A DNA stretch of 32,000 nt from Fibrobacter succinogenes subsp. succinogenes S85 (GCF_000146505.1 NC_017448.1:3270001-3302000); one strand, 5' to 3'; counted from the stretch's first letter, positions 8,680 to 17,484 are shown. Numbers and translations are program-made. The notes: generated from the sequence alone by a model not told the origin.

Positions 8680-11600
8680 CTACACAATCGTGTTGTCTAG
8701 GCAGAAGACTTCGGCGAGTTGCTTGTCGTCCATGTCGGCGAGCCATGTTTCGCCGGCGTTCACGGTCAAGTTGGCGATGGCTTTTTTGGTTTCGAGGAGC
8801 GCATTGATTTTCTCTTCGAAGGTGCCTTTGGTGATAAAACGGTGGACTTGGACGTTGCGCTTTTGGCCGATACGGAAGGCGCGGTCGGTGGCTTGCGCTT
8901 CGATGGCGGGGTTCCACCACAAATCGTAATGGATGACTTGCGAGGCTGCGACGAGATTGAGGCCGGTGCCTCCTGCCTTGAGCGAGAGAATGAGCACTTT
9001 GCAGTCCGGATTTTCCTGGAAATCCTGGATCATTTCGGAGCGCTGCGTTTGTGTGCAACCGCCGTGGTAGAAATGCGTGCGGAGGCCGAGTTCGCTTTCA
9101 ATGGTGGATTTTAACAGGTGGCCCATTTCGGCAAATTGCGTGAAGATAAGCGTCTTTTCGCCTTGCTCTTGGATAGATGTGAGAAGGTCCAGGAGCATTT
9201 GCATCTTGCCAGATTCGAGCTTATTGGACTTTTGGGGCGCGGCGCTTTCTGTAGGGACTTCCGCGGCGTCTTGTGCTGAGGTTGCGGCGAGACCTTTCAG
9301 GAATGTGGCGGGGTGGTTGCAGATTTGCTTGAGGGCAAGAATCATCTGCAAAATAATGCCCTTGCGCTTGAATAGTGCGTGGGCATCGTTTGCCTTTTCG
9401 CTGAGCGCCTGCTCCATCTCAAGCTCTTGCATAAAGTGTTCGAGCGTTTTTTGATAAAGGGCGGCTTGTGAGCGCGTGAGTTCGGCGTATTCGTCCTGGA
9501 TGATTTTGTCGGGCAAGTCGCTGATGATGCTCTTGTCGGTCTTGAGGCGGCGCAGCATGAACGGTGCTGTGATTTTGCGGAATGTTTCGGCGACGACTTG
9601 GTTGCCGTTCTTTTGAATGGGTGTTTCGAACTTTTCGCGGAATTCACTTGCGCTCGGGAAGAATCCGTGGTTCGCAAAATCCATGATGGTCCAGAATTCC
9701 ATGAGGCGGTTTTCGACCGGGGTGCCGCTCATCGCGATTTTCATCGGGGCGCGCATGCGACGGAGCAATTTACTCTGTTCGCTATCGGCGTTTTTGATGT
9801 TTTGTGCTTCGTCGATGATAATCGTTTGCCATTCGTGCTTGTCGAGTTCGGCAAAGTCCTTGCGGAACGTGGCATATGTCGTGAGTAATACGTCGGCGCT
9901 GAACTTTTGTAGGTCACGGCGGCCTCCGTGGTATGCAAAGAACGTGAGTTCCGGTGCGAATTTTTTGATTTCGACTTGCCAGTTGCAAAGGAGGCCGGCG
10001 GGCATTACGACAATGGCTTTTTTCTCCGCAAATTTACCCTCTTGTTTCATCTTGAGGAGGAACGTAATGACTTGTAGCGTCTTGCCGAGGCCCATGTCAT
10101 CGGCGAGAATGCAACCAAATCCAATTTCCAGATTCTTGTACATCCAGGAGTAGCCGCGCATTTGGTAGGGGCGGAGTGTCGCGTTTAGATTCTCGGGCAG
10201 CGGAATTTCTGTTTCGGCGCGCCAGGCGTCGAACTGTTGTTTGAAATCGCTTGCCATTTCCACCGGGATGTTGTCGCATTCACCGGTGAAGCAAGCTTGT
10301 ACGAGCTTGGCTTGCGTGATTTCTGGAGCGGAATCTTCTTCGAGGATTTCGTCTGTGGAGGTCGCGGCACCCTCGGCATCATCTGCGGCTTTTTTGCCTT
10401 TGCTGTTTTTCGCGGAATCGCTGGACTTTCCTTCAATTTTATCGCGGATGGATTGCAAATCCTGTTCGGTAATTTGCACGTAACTGGACTTGTATTTTAA
10501 AAGTCCATCCGCTTGTTCGGCAAGTTCAAAAAATTCCTTTGCCGAAATGTTTTCATCGCCGATGGCGATTTCCCAATCAAAGTCGAGCAGGTCGCCGGCA
10601 GTAAAAGCTCCAAAGCTCATGCTGCCTTGCAAGCGCATCTTGGGCTTTGGCTTTCCGATGTTCAAAAGGTTCTTTGGAATTTCCGTCTGGATGCCGAACA
10701 GTTGGAGTTTTTTGAGGCAATCCTGCAAAAAGTCGAGGAGTTCGGCGCCTCGCATCAGAATCGGTTCGCTTGCACGGCGTTCCAAGTATGCATCGAGCGG
10801 CTTGAAGCCATCGGCAATGCCGTTAAGAACGCTCATAATCGAGAGCAATCGTGAGTCGTTGTTTTCGAATAATTCCGAAAGCGGCGTGCGTCTTGCGATA
10901 TTTCCGGCGGCACTCGCAGCATCTTCGTCAAGTACAAAAACGTCCAGCGCCACATCTTCATCCATTTCGCTACAGACAAAGAGAATCTGCGTACGACAAC
11001 CGAGGCAAGAATATACCGAAAGCCATTGCTGGATTTTCCCCGGAATGGCGTGAGCGTTGTTTGCGAGCTTCCCTGAAACGCTATCGAAAAAGAACGAGAG
11101 CAAATTGCCGTGATTCGTCTTGAGCGGCGTCTTGTATTTGCGTGCAAATTTCAGGAGCTGCGAGATGAACAGCGAAAGAATGTGCTCGGCGGGTTCCGCA
11201 ATTTCAAAGAAGGATTCTTCTTTGCTTGTCCACGCGAGTTCTCGCGGGGCGGTGACTTCGAGGTCTGCGACAATGTATAGAATCTCGGGGAGCATCTCGG
11301 CGGGGAGCCAGCGCATTTGCGCTACGTCTTTCCCGATCCAGAAAACTTGCGGATAAATCGCTCCGGTGCGCACAAGGTAAAAAGCCACTTGCAACATCAA
11401 GTGCAAGTAACGCACGGAGTAATGGTGCCACGAGAAATTCCCGGCGCTCAGGCAGCAAAGTGCTCCCATCACGTTTGTGACGGTGAGGTTGCTATTGATG
11501 ACTTTGTCGGCCATGGACTGCTCGAAATTCCAATGCCATCCGGGCTTGTGGAACAGTCGCAGTTGCTCGTTTTCCATTAGGAACGTCTTTGCGTTGTTCA

Positions 11601-12534
11601 CGCGGAACTGTTCCGAGAATGCGTCAAAATTCTCGAAGTCGGTGAAGAACTTGTGGCACGATTCTAGTTCATCCGTAAAACTCTTGCGGAAATTCCCGGC
11701 GGGGCAGAACTTCGGGAAGTTTTGCAACATCGCGGGCAAAATGTGCGAGTAGTCTTTCCAACTCTTGAAATCAAATGTAGGCAGTTGCTTGGGAGGGATG
11801 CTATTTTGCGATTCGCGTCCCGAACCTTTATACCCACCAAATAAACTTGCGCTCGCGTCTTCTGCGTGAGAAAGTTCGGCGGCGTTTTGTGCTTCGTGTT
11901 CGTCACTATCCCCGGCGGCAGTTCCGATAGCAGATGCGTTTTCGGCGCTTGTGCCTACGAGTCTTGTCGCCTTGCTGAACGACCTCACGAGATTAGTTTC
12001 GCTGGGCGCTTCCATTTCCATCGCATCCGGCTTGTAGTCCTTGATAAATTCCAGGTCGAGCCCGTGAATTTTGAAAAGGACGTTCGGTTCCTTGTCCGCC
12101 TGTTCTGCGATTTTCAAAAATGTGGCAACAAGGTATTTACAGGGGCGCTCATCGCGGCAGTCGCAACCCATGTTGACTTTGGCCGGATCGTCAAACAGCT
12201 GGAGTCCGCTTTTGCTCATTAAAAGTTCAAGCGAAGGGCTAAGCGCCTTGTTGTTTAAAGCCAAAAGTTCCGCCGGTTGCTGCTTCAAAAAGCTCACGAA
12301 GACTTCGGAAGATTCCTTAGAAAATTTCGGGAAGACGATGTAGTTGTTGTGGAGCCCGCCATTCGGGCCTTTCACTACGGATATCACACGGTTATCAACG
12401 ATGTCGATGCTTGTCACCTGGCCACGTGCGGCGAACTTGAGCCCCTGCAAAACAGCCTGCTCGCTAGCGGTTGCGAGAATTGAACTCAACCACTTGTTTG
12501 CCCACCAAGTCTTTCCGTAACTTCCAAAATCCAT
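8680..12534 (-). CDS. SWIM-domain / SNF2-family (Swi2/Snf2) helicase, 1284 aa
   Basis: N-terminal COG4279-like SWIM region (WWANKW..., CDCRDERPCKY). SNF2 motifs are I ILADDMGLGKTLQ, II IIIDEAQNIKN, III MSGTPVENR, V LSLKAGGTGLNL and VI HYDLWWNPAIEAQATDRAFRIGQ. Confidence 0.9.
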   Translation of the reverse strand: MDFGSYGKTWWANKWLSSILATASEQAVLQGLKFAARGQVTSIDIVDNRVISVVKGPNGGLHNNYIVFPKFSKESSEVFVSFLKQQPAELLALNNKALSPSLELLMSKSGLQLFDDPAKVNMGCDCRDERPCKYLVATFLKIAEQADKEPNVLFKIHGLDLEFIKDYKPDAMEMEAPSETNLVRSFSKATRLVGTSAENASAIGTAAGDSDEHEAQNAAELSHAEDASASLFGGYKGSGRESQNSIPPKQLPTFDFKSWKDYSHILPAMLQNFPKFCPAGNFRKSFTDELESCHKFFTDFENFDAFSEQFRVNNAKTFLMENEQLRLFHKPGWHWNFEQSMADKVINSNLTVTNVMGALCCLSAGNFSWHHYSVRYLHLMLQVAFYLVRTGAIYPQVFWIGKDVAQMRWLPAEMLPEILYIVADLEVTAPRELAWTSKEESFFEIAEPAEHILSLFISQLLKFARKYKTPLKTNHGNLLSFFFDSVSGKLANNAHAIPGKIQQWLSVYSCLGCRTQILFVCSEMDEDVALDVFVLDEDAASAAGNIARRTPLSELFENNDSRLLSIMSVLNGIADGFKPLDAYLERRASEPILMRGAELLDFLQDCLKKLQLFGIQTEIPKNLLNIGKPKPKMRLQGSMSFGAFTAGDLLDFDWEIAIGDENISAKEFFELAEQADGLLKYKSSYVQITEQDLQSIRDKIEGKSSDSAKNSKGKKAADDAEGAATSTDEILEEDSAPEITQAKLVQACFTGECDNIPVEMASDFKQQFDAWRAETEIPLPENLNATLRPYQMRGYSWMYKNLEIGFGCILADDMGLGKTLQVITFLLKMKQEGKFAEKKAIVVMPAGLLCNWQVEIKKFAPELTFFAYHGGRRDLQKFSADVLLTTYATFRKDFAELDKHEWQTIIIDEAQNIKNADSEQSKLLRRMRAPMKIAMSGTPVENRLMEFWTIMDFANHGFFPSASEFREKFETPIQKNGNQVVAETFRKITAPFMLRRLKTDKSIISDLPDKIIQDEYAELTRSQAALYQKTLEHFMQELEMEQALSEKANDAHALFKRKGIILQMILALKQICNHPATFLKGLAATSAQDAAEVPTESAAPQKSNKLESGKMQMLLDLLTSIQEQGEKTLIFTQFAEMGHLLKSTIESELGLRTHFYHGGCTQTQRSEMIQDFQENPDCKVLILSLKAGGTGLNLVAASQVIHYDLWWNPAIEAQATDRAFRIGQKRNVQVHRFITKGTFEEKINALLETKKAIANLTVNAGETWLADMDDKQLAEVFCLDNTIV

Positions 12535-12751
12535 GCGCCCAAATATAATAAAAAGTGCTCAAATGAACAAATGAACGGCGGGCTAAACCGTGAGGATAAA
12601 TAGGACATTAATTACAAATTGTTTTTTATATTTGAGGTAAACTTAAGGAGAAAAAGATGGGATTGAATAAAATCGTACTGGCTCTTTTCATTAGAAGGAG
12701 ATTCCCGGTCATCCCCGTCAAGCGAGGACAGGCGCCGGGAATAACAATCTA

Positions 12752-12776
12752 GTAGACGGCATTTATTGCCGTCTAC
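12752..12776 (-). terminator. Hairpin downstream of the GH10-like gene
   Basis: Perfect 10-bp inverted repeat GTAGACGGCA / TGCCGTCTAC with a 5-nt loop, 10 nt past the stop at 12787. The trailing U-tract on the minus strand is weak (CTAGATTGTTATT). Confidence 0.45.
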
Positions 12777-12786
12777 CGTCACTTCC

Positions 12787-15075
12787 TTATCTCGCAACTC
12801 TAACGCTTTGCATTTTGCCGGTGGTGCGGCTGCGCAAGAAGTAGATTCCCGAGGTTTTCGCGGTGCTGGCAGACTTGAGTTTTGCTGTTGCATCGCTAAA
12901 GCCGTAGGCTGAAAGGTTGCCCAAGCGTACGCCTTGCACATCAAATACATCGTAATTCTGGAGCGTGTTCTGTTCTAAGCGAATCTTGTTGCCGAATTTG
13001 CCGCCGTTATCGTCAATGGCTATCGGCTGTTCCAAGGCGATTGAATCAAGCGAATCTAGCGGATGTCTCTCGATGCCTCTATTGTACGACATGTTCTTGC
13101 TGTCGTAGAAGTGCTCGTTGAAGTATTCCTTGAGCCAAGTCATTGCAGGGCGATCCACGCCGTCCTTAATAAGTCCGGGATTCGATTCATCTGCCCATAC
13201 ACTAGATCCGACTTCGTAAAGGTAGCCCCAAAGGTTTACACCTGCAATGTATTCCGATTCCATAAAGAGCGGGATATGTTCGGAATAGCATGCTTTTTGG
13301 AGGCTGTCGTTATTCGTGCCGACGCTATATTCAGTGATAAACAACGGAAGCTTTATTTTGTCGTAGATTTCCTGAATGCCGCTTTGAATGCGTTCGGAGC
13401 TAAAACATTGCGCATCCGGGCCGGATCCTTGGACGAGTGTGGCGAAAATTATTTGGTACGCATCGACGGGTGCGCCCTGCTCCTGGATTTTTTTGATAAC
13501 TTCGGCGCCTTGATTGTTTTTCCAGCCGTAATCATCGTAGTCGTTCAAGGTTAGGATGGCTTTGGGCCAGCGCTTGCGAGCCATCTTGAACGCCGTGGCT
13601 ATGAATTTGTAGTCATCATTGTCGCCACCGAGAGCTTCGATGATTTTATTGCCGCTCCCGAATCCAGAATGATAGTGACCATAGCTGTCGCGGGAACCTC
13701 CGTTTACCACCTCGATCATGTAAGGTGCGGGGTAACGCATGGCGGCTTTGTCAAACCAATTTTCAACGGCCTTCCTGGTTTCGTCGACATCAAGGTTGTT
13801 CAGCCAATTGGGGGTGTGGGTTCCCCAAAGCAAGCTACGGAAATTGAACTTTACATTGTTTTTTTGCGCCCAATAGTAGATACGGTCGCAGCCTGACCAA
13901 TCGTACTCGCCACGCACTTTTTCAATAACGGTCCAAGTGCATGCGTTTTCGGGCGAAACTTGATTCCAGTATGCTTGAAAATCCTCGGGGATTTCTTGCT
14001 TGTCGGCAATCATGTTCCCGAAGAACTTTGTCGCTCCATCGGCAAGGCCACGGCCGTAACGGGCGTTCGGATTCTTGAAATATTCCTTGAGCCAGGTCAA
14101 TGCCGGGCGTTCTACTCCGTCTTTGATAAGGCCGGAACAACCTTGTTCTAAACCGTTACAAGAAAGCCAAGTTTTGCCATAAATGTATCCCCAAAGTGTT
14201 ATGCCGGCAACATAATCCGTTTCCATCAGGATTGGGAGATGTTCTTGGTAGCATTTTTTTTGAAATTCATCGTCTATGGAACCGACATCGTATTGAGTAA
14301 TATATATGGGGAGTCCTGTCTGTTCGTGTGCTTCGTAAAGGGAGCGTTTAAGTAAGGATGTATTTAGGCAATAATAGCCTGTCCCTTGTGCGGTTGTTTC
14401 GTGGAACTGCATTCCGTAAGCGTCAACTGGCGCCCCCTGGGCCTTTATTTTCTTGAGAAGGTCGATACCCTCTACTTTTTGCCATTGGATGGTATTGTAA
14501 TCGTTGTAAATCAGGATGGCTTCTGGCCAGCGTTCTCGTGCCATCTTGAATGCCGTCACTACAAATTCGTAGTTGCCGTTATCGCCGCCAAGCGCCTCAA
14601 CCAGTTTGGAAGAGGTAAAACTGGAGTGGTAGTTGTTGCCCGATTTGACGGCCTCATTGACCACTTCAATCATTTCGAGGTCGGGGTAATGTTCTTTAAC
14701 CGCATCAATCCAATCAGTCCAAGCCTTTTTTGTTTCGTCAATATCAAGTTTGATCAACCACTGCGGGTTTTGCGAACCCCACAACAGGGTGTGAAACGAG
14801 AAAATGGCTTTATTCTTTTTAGCCCAGTTATAGACAAAGTCGCAACCCGTCCAGTCGTATTCGCCGCGTGTCTTTTCAACATGACCCCAAACGCATTCGT
14901 TTTCGGCAGTAATCTGGTTCCAGTAGGTGCCAAAATTATCAGGGATTTCGCCCAAAGTGGTCGTGTTGCCCAGAAATTTTGCAGCACCATCGGCCATGCC
15001 TACACCCGCAAAAGAAAATATCGATGCGGCAAAGGAAAAGGCAAGCACCTTAAATACCGTTGATTTTATACTCAT
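12787..15075 (-). CDS. Secreted protein with two tandem GH10-like (xylanase-fold) modules and a T9SS-type C-terminal domain
   Basis: Signal peptide MSIKSTVFKVLAFSFAASIFSFAGVGMA, with AGGGG upstream of the ATG. Each module has GH10 motifs: WNQITAENECVW / WNQVSPENACTW, HTLLWG / RSLLWG, IEVVNEA / IEVVNGG, IYNDYN / LNDYD, GMQFH / QIIFA, YITQYDV / FITEYSV, GITLWGY / GVNLWGY. The C-terminal ~85 aa end in ...GIYFLRSRTTGKMQSVRVAR. Confidence 0.85.
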   Translation of the reverse strand: MSIKSTVFKVLAFSFAASIFSFAGVGMADGAAKFLGNTTTLGEIPDNFGTYWNQITAENECVWGHVEKTRGEYDWTGCDFVYNWAKKNKAIFSFHTLLWGSQNPQWLIKLDIDETKKAWTDWIDAVKEHYPDLEMIEVVNEAVKSGNNYHSSFTSSKLVEALGGDNGNYEFVVTAFKMARERWPEAILIYNDYNTIQWQKVEGIDLLKKIKAQGAPVDAYGMQFHETTAQGTGYYCLNTSLLKRSLYEAHEQTGLPIYITQYDVGSIDDEFQKKCYQEHLPILMETDYVAGITLWGYIYGKTWLSCNGLEQGCSGLIKDGVERPALTWLKEYFKNPNARYGRGLADGATKFFGNMIADKQEIPEDFQAYWNQVSPENACTWTVIEKVRGEYDWSGCDRIYYWAQKNNVKFNFRSLLWGTHTPNWLNNLDVDETRKAVENWFDKAAMRYPAPYMIEVVNGGSRDSYGHYHSGFGSGNKIIEALGGDNDDYKFIATAFKMARKRWPKAILTLNDYDDYGWKNNQGAEVIKKIQEQGAPVDAYQIIFATLVQGSGPDAQCFSSERIQSGIQEIYDKIKLPLFITEYSVGTNNDSLQKACYSEHIPLFMESEYIAGVNLWGYLYEVGSSVWADESNPGLIKDGVDRPAMTWLKEYFNEHFYDSKNMSYNRGIERHPLDSLDSIALEQPIAIDDNGGKFGNKIRLEQNTLQNYDVFDVQGVRLGNLSAYGFSDATAKLKSASTAKTSGIYFLRSRTTGKMQSVRVAR

Positions 15076-15236
15076 TGCGACCCCTGAATTTTGATGGCTA
15101 CAACACGTAATAATAAAACTACCTAGAAAACGTAGGAAAATTACTCTTATCTAGAAATCTTTCATTGACAAAATATCTATTATTGCATAAATCCACGTAA
15201 ATATACATTGCTTTGTATACTCAATTTAGGGATAAT

Positions 15237-15977
15237 ATGAAAAAGAATAGACTAGCATTGCTTCCGTTTATATCGGCATTACTTTTAGTGGGCTGCGGTG
15301 AAGATTCCCCGTCTGAACCTTCTTCCGTATCCAATAATGTTCCGGCGGACGGATCAAGTGTGGAGTCTATTTTTGACTTAGGTAAGTGTACATCCGATAG
15401 GGATGGCACTGTCATTTTTGTTGAGGATGAAGAAATAGACTATCGTTGCCTAGATAAAAAGTGGGAAAAAGTTGAGAAATTATCTAGTTCCAGTGATGAA
15501 AAGACTTCTTCGTCTTCAAAGAAATCCTCCGATTCGAAGAATAGCTCCTCTTCGTCTAAGGAAGAATCGGCTGGGTCTAAGGATAAATCCTCTTCTTCTA
15601 AGAACAGTTCTTCGTCATCGAAGATAACTTCGTCTGATTCAGGCGACAAAAAATCCTCGTCGTCTAAGGCAGTTTCTTCTGATTCTCGCGATAAGTCCAG
15701 TAGTTCTCAAAAGTCTAGTAGTTCGCAAAAGTCAAGTTCTAGTGTCGCTCCCGAATCGAGTTCTAGTGTCGTTGGTTCTGGAGAAGATGTAAAGACGATT
15801 GCAATTAATAAGAAATCCTTTAAGGGGGTTGCTGAAAAGGGACCTTTTGCGGTGGGAAGTACCGTTAAATTGTCTGAACTTGATGGTGAGCTTGATTTAA
15901 CCGGAACAAACTTTGAATGGGAAGTGACTGGTAAACAGGGGGGGGGGCTATACCTCTCCAAAGGTTACGTTGTCTAG
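15237..15977 (+). CDS. Lipoprotein, N-terminal fragment (signal peptide plus Ser-rich linker), probably the 5' part of a frameshifted gene
   Basis: ATG 15237 gives the lipobox signal MKKNRLALLPFISALLLVGC. A ~110-aa Ser/Lys/Asp linker follows, then a domain that is cut off 30 nt after the G10 tract. Confidence 0.7.
   Translation: MKKNRLALLPFISALLLVGCGEDSPSEPSSVSNNVPADGSSVESIFDLGKCTSDRDGTVIFVEDEEIDYRCLDKKWEKVEKLSSSSDEKTSSSSKKSSDSKNSSSSSKEESAGSKDKSSSSKNSSSSSKITSSDSGDKKSSSSKAVSSDSRDKSSSSQKSSSSQKSSSSVAPESSSSVVGSGEDVKTIAINKKSFKGVAEKGPFAVGSTVKLSELDGELDLTGTNFEWEVTGKQGGGLYLSKGYVV
15938..15947 (+). repeat. Homopolymeric G10 tract at the junction of two overlapping reading frames
   Basis: Counted directly: ...gtaaaca GGGGGGGGGG ctatacc... 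Confidence 0.95.
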
Positions 15978-17484
15978 TCAATATGCTCAGTTACAAGTCA
16001 ATGGCAATTACTATAATGAAAACTTGTTCAAAAATTCAATATCGCCGGTGACTTTGCGTGGTATTGTTGACTTGAAAGATCGAGAAAGCGTAAACATCAA
16101 TGTGCTGATGCATTTGGCTTATAAGCGTGTGGTCTATCTTTTTACCAAGAGTGGCGAGTATAAAAATGTTCCTGCGGCAAAGGCTGCCGCTGAACAGGAA
16201 ATCATGAAGGCTTTTGGTTTTGGTGGTGCTAACCATCCTTTTGAGGATTTGACGATTTTTGGTAAAACATCGGACGATGCCAAATTGCTTGCCGCATCGA
16301 TTCTTTTACAGGGAGATTTGGAAGAAACGGATTTGTTGAGTCGTCTTACGAGCATTGCTAATAATATTGAAGAAGATGGAACTTGGGACAACAGCGAAAA
16401 AATGCGAGTTTCTATGGCAGACTGGATTATGTCCTATTCGTATGGGATGGTCGGCATTCGCCAGATGCTCGAAGAAATCAATCCTCAAGTACCGGCATTC
16501 GAAAAGTATGTAAGCTTGTTTGTTGGTGAAGCTTATGGCTTTGGTGCGTGCACGGATGAAAATGATGGTGATTATGTTCAGCTGAAAAATGGTAATAGCA
16601 AAAATCTCGGTGAATACTATGTCTGTGAAGACAATGTATGGCGAATGATGTTCTCCACTGAAAAACTTTATGAAAGAGCTTGTACTGCCAAGAGGGCTGG
16701 AGAGTTTATGACGACCCCGCGCAATGAAATTTATATCTGCGATGGGGGCAATGGATATTGGCGCCCAGCAACGACTTACGACCATCCGAAAGAATACTAC
16801 ATGAATAGTGAAGTGAATTACGGCAAGTTAAAGGATACCCGTGATGGTAAGGAATATAAGACGGTCGTTATTGGTACTCAGACTTGGATGGCTGAAAATC
16901 TGAACTATTACGATAAGGATAATTATAATTTGGTCGGTAATGCCAAGTGCTATCAGGAAGAAGATAAAAACTGCGATGTTGGAGGTAGGCTTTATTCGTG
17001 GACCGCTGCGATGAATATCTCTACGAAGTATAGACTCAGTTGGTATGATAAAGATATTCAATATCCGCATCAGGGAATTTGCCCAGATGGTTGGCATATC
17101 CCTGATTCTACTGAATGGCGTACTTTAGCAGATTATGTAAAAAAGGTTGACGGTTCTTCGGGACTTTTGATGTCATCTAAGGGTTGGAAAGCTTCAAACT
17201 ATAAGCCGTCGACAGATCCCTATGGATTTTCTGTAATTCCGGTGGGCGCCTATTATGGAAGATATGCTGATGCTCATGCGGATTTCAGTCAAACGGAATT
17301 TGATGATGACGGTTTGTTTGCGAACTTCTGGTCTGCCGAGGAAGGTAAAGAATTTAATTTAGCGGTTTATGTCTTCTTTGATTATAGAAGAGATTATATG
17401 TCGATGACTGCTAGTGTTTATAACGAAAAGGAACGTGGATTTTCTGTTCGCTGCATAAAGACTGAGGATGAATCCGAAGAGTAG
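15970..17484 (+). CDS. C-terminal fragment of the same lipoprotein gene, carrying the Fibrobacter major paralogous domain (TIGR02145-like)
   Basis: Domain motifs are VVIGTQTWMAENLNY, GGRLYSW, CPDGWHIPDSTEW and FSVRCIKTE. The ORF-track start is a TTG with no SD and no signal peptide. The frame is open from 15928 (TGA at 15925-15927). Confidence 0.75.
   Translation: MSSQYAQLQVNGNYYNENLFKNSISPVTLRGIVDLKDRESVNINVLMHLAYKRVVYLFTKSGEYKNVPAAKAAAEQEIMKAFGFGGANHPFEDLTIFGKTSDDAKLLAASILLQGDLEETDLLSRLTSIANNIEEDGTWDNSEKMRVSMADWIMSYSYGMVGIRQMLEEINPQVPAFEKYVSLFVGEAYGFGACTDENDGDYVQLKNGNSKNLGEYYVCEDNVWRMMFSTEKLYERACTAKRAGEFMTTPRNEIYICDGGNGYWRPATTYDHPKEYYMNSEVNYGKLKDTRDGKEYKTVVIGTQTWMAENLNYYDKDNYNLVGNAKCYQEEDKNCDVGGRLYSWTAAMNISTKYRLSWYDKDIQYPHQGICPDGWHIPDSTEWRTLADYVKKVDGSSGLLMSSKGWKASNYKPSTDPYGFSVIPVGAYYGRYADAHADFSQTEFDDDGLFANFWSAEEGKEFNLAVYVFFDYRRDYMSMTASVYNEKERGFSVRCIKTEDESEE

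Noticed and set aside
8071-12534. The idea that the SNF2 helicase and the Nim-like PNPOx gene form a defence island or mobile element.
   Set aside because: There is no partner nuclease, methyltransferase or toxin, no integrase, no flanking direct repeats, and no compositional break that I can see. The two genes have separate spacers and unrelated predicted functions.
12612-12950. 112-aa minus-strand ORF overlapping the 3' end of the GH10-like gene.
   Set aside because: It is out of frame with, and overlaps, the well-supported C-terminal domain of the GH10-like protein. It has no RBS and no motifs.
15166-15200. Sigma70-like TTGACA-N17-TAAATC in the divergent GH10 / lipoprotein spacer, and a TAAATTTG (Bacteroidetes -7-like) motif at 19881-19888.
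   Set aside because: Promoter consensus for Fibrobacter is not something I can assert. These are single matches in AT-rich DNA and are not reliable without transcription start data.
15490-15770. Highly repetitive tct/tcg/agt-rich DNA, also at 28095-28190.
   Set aside because: These stretches are explained as Ser-rich interdomain linkers inside coding regions. They are not independent repeat elements.
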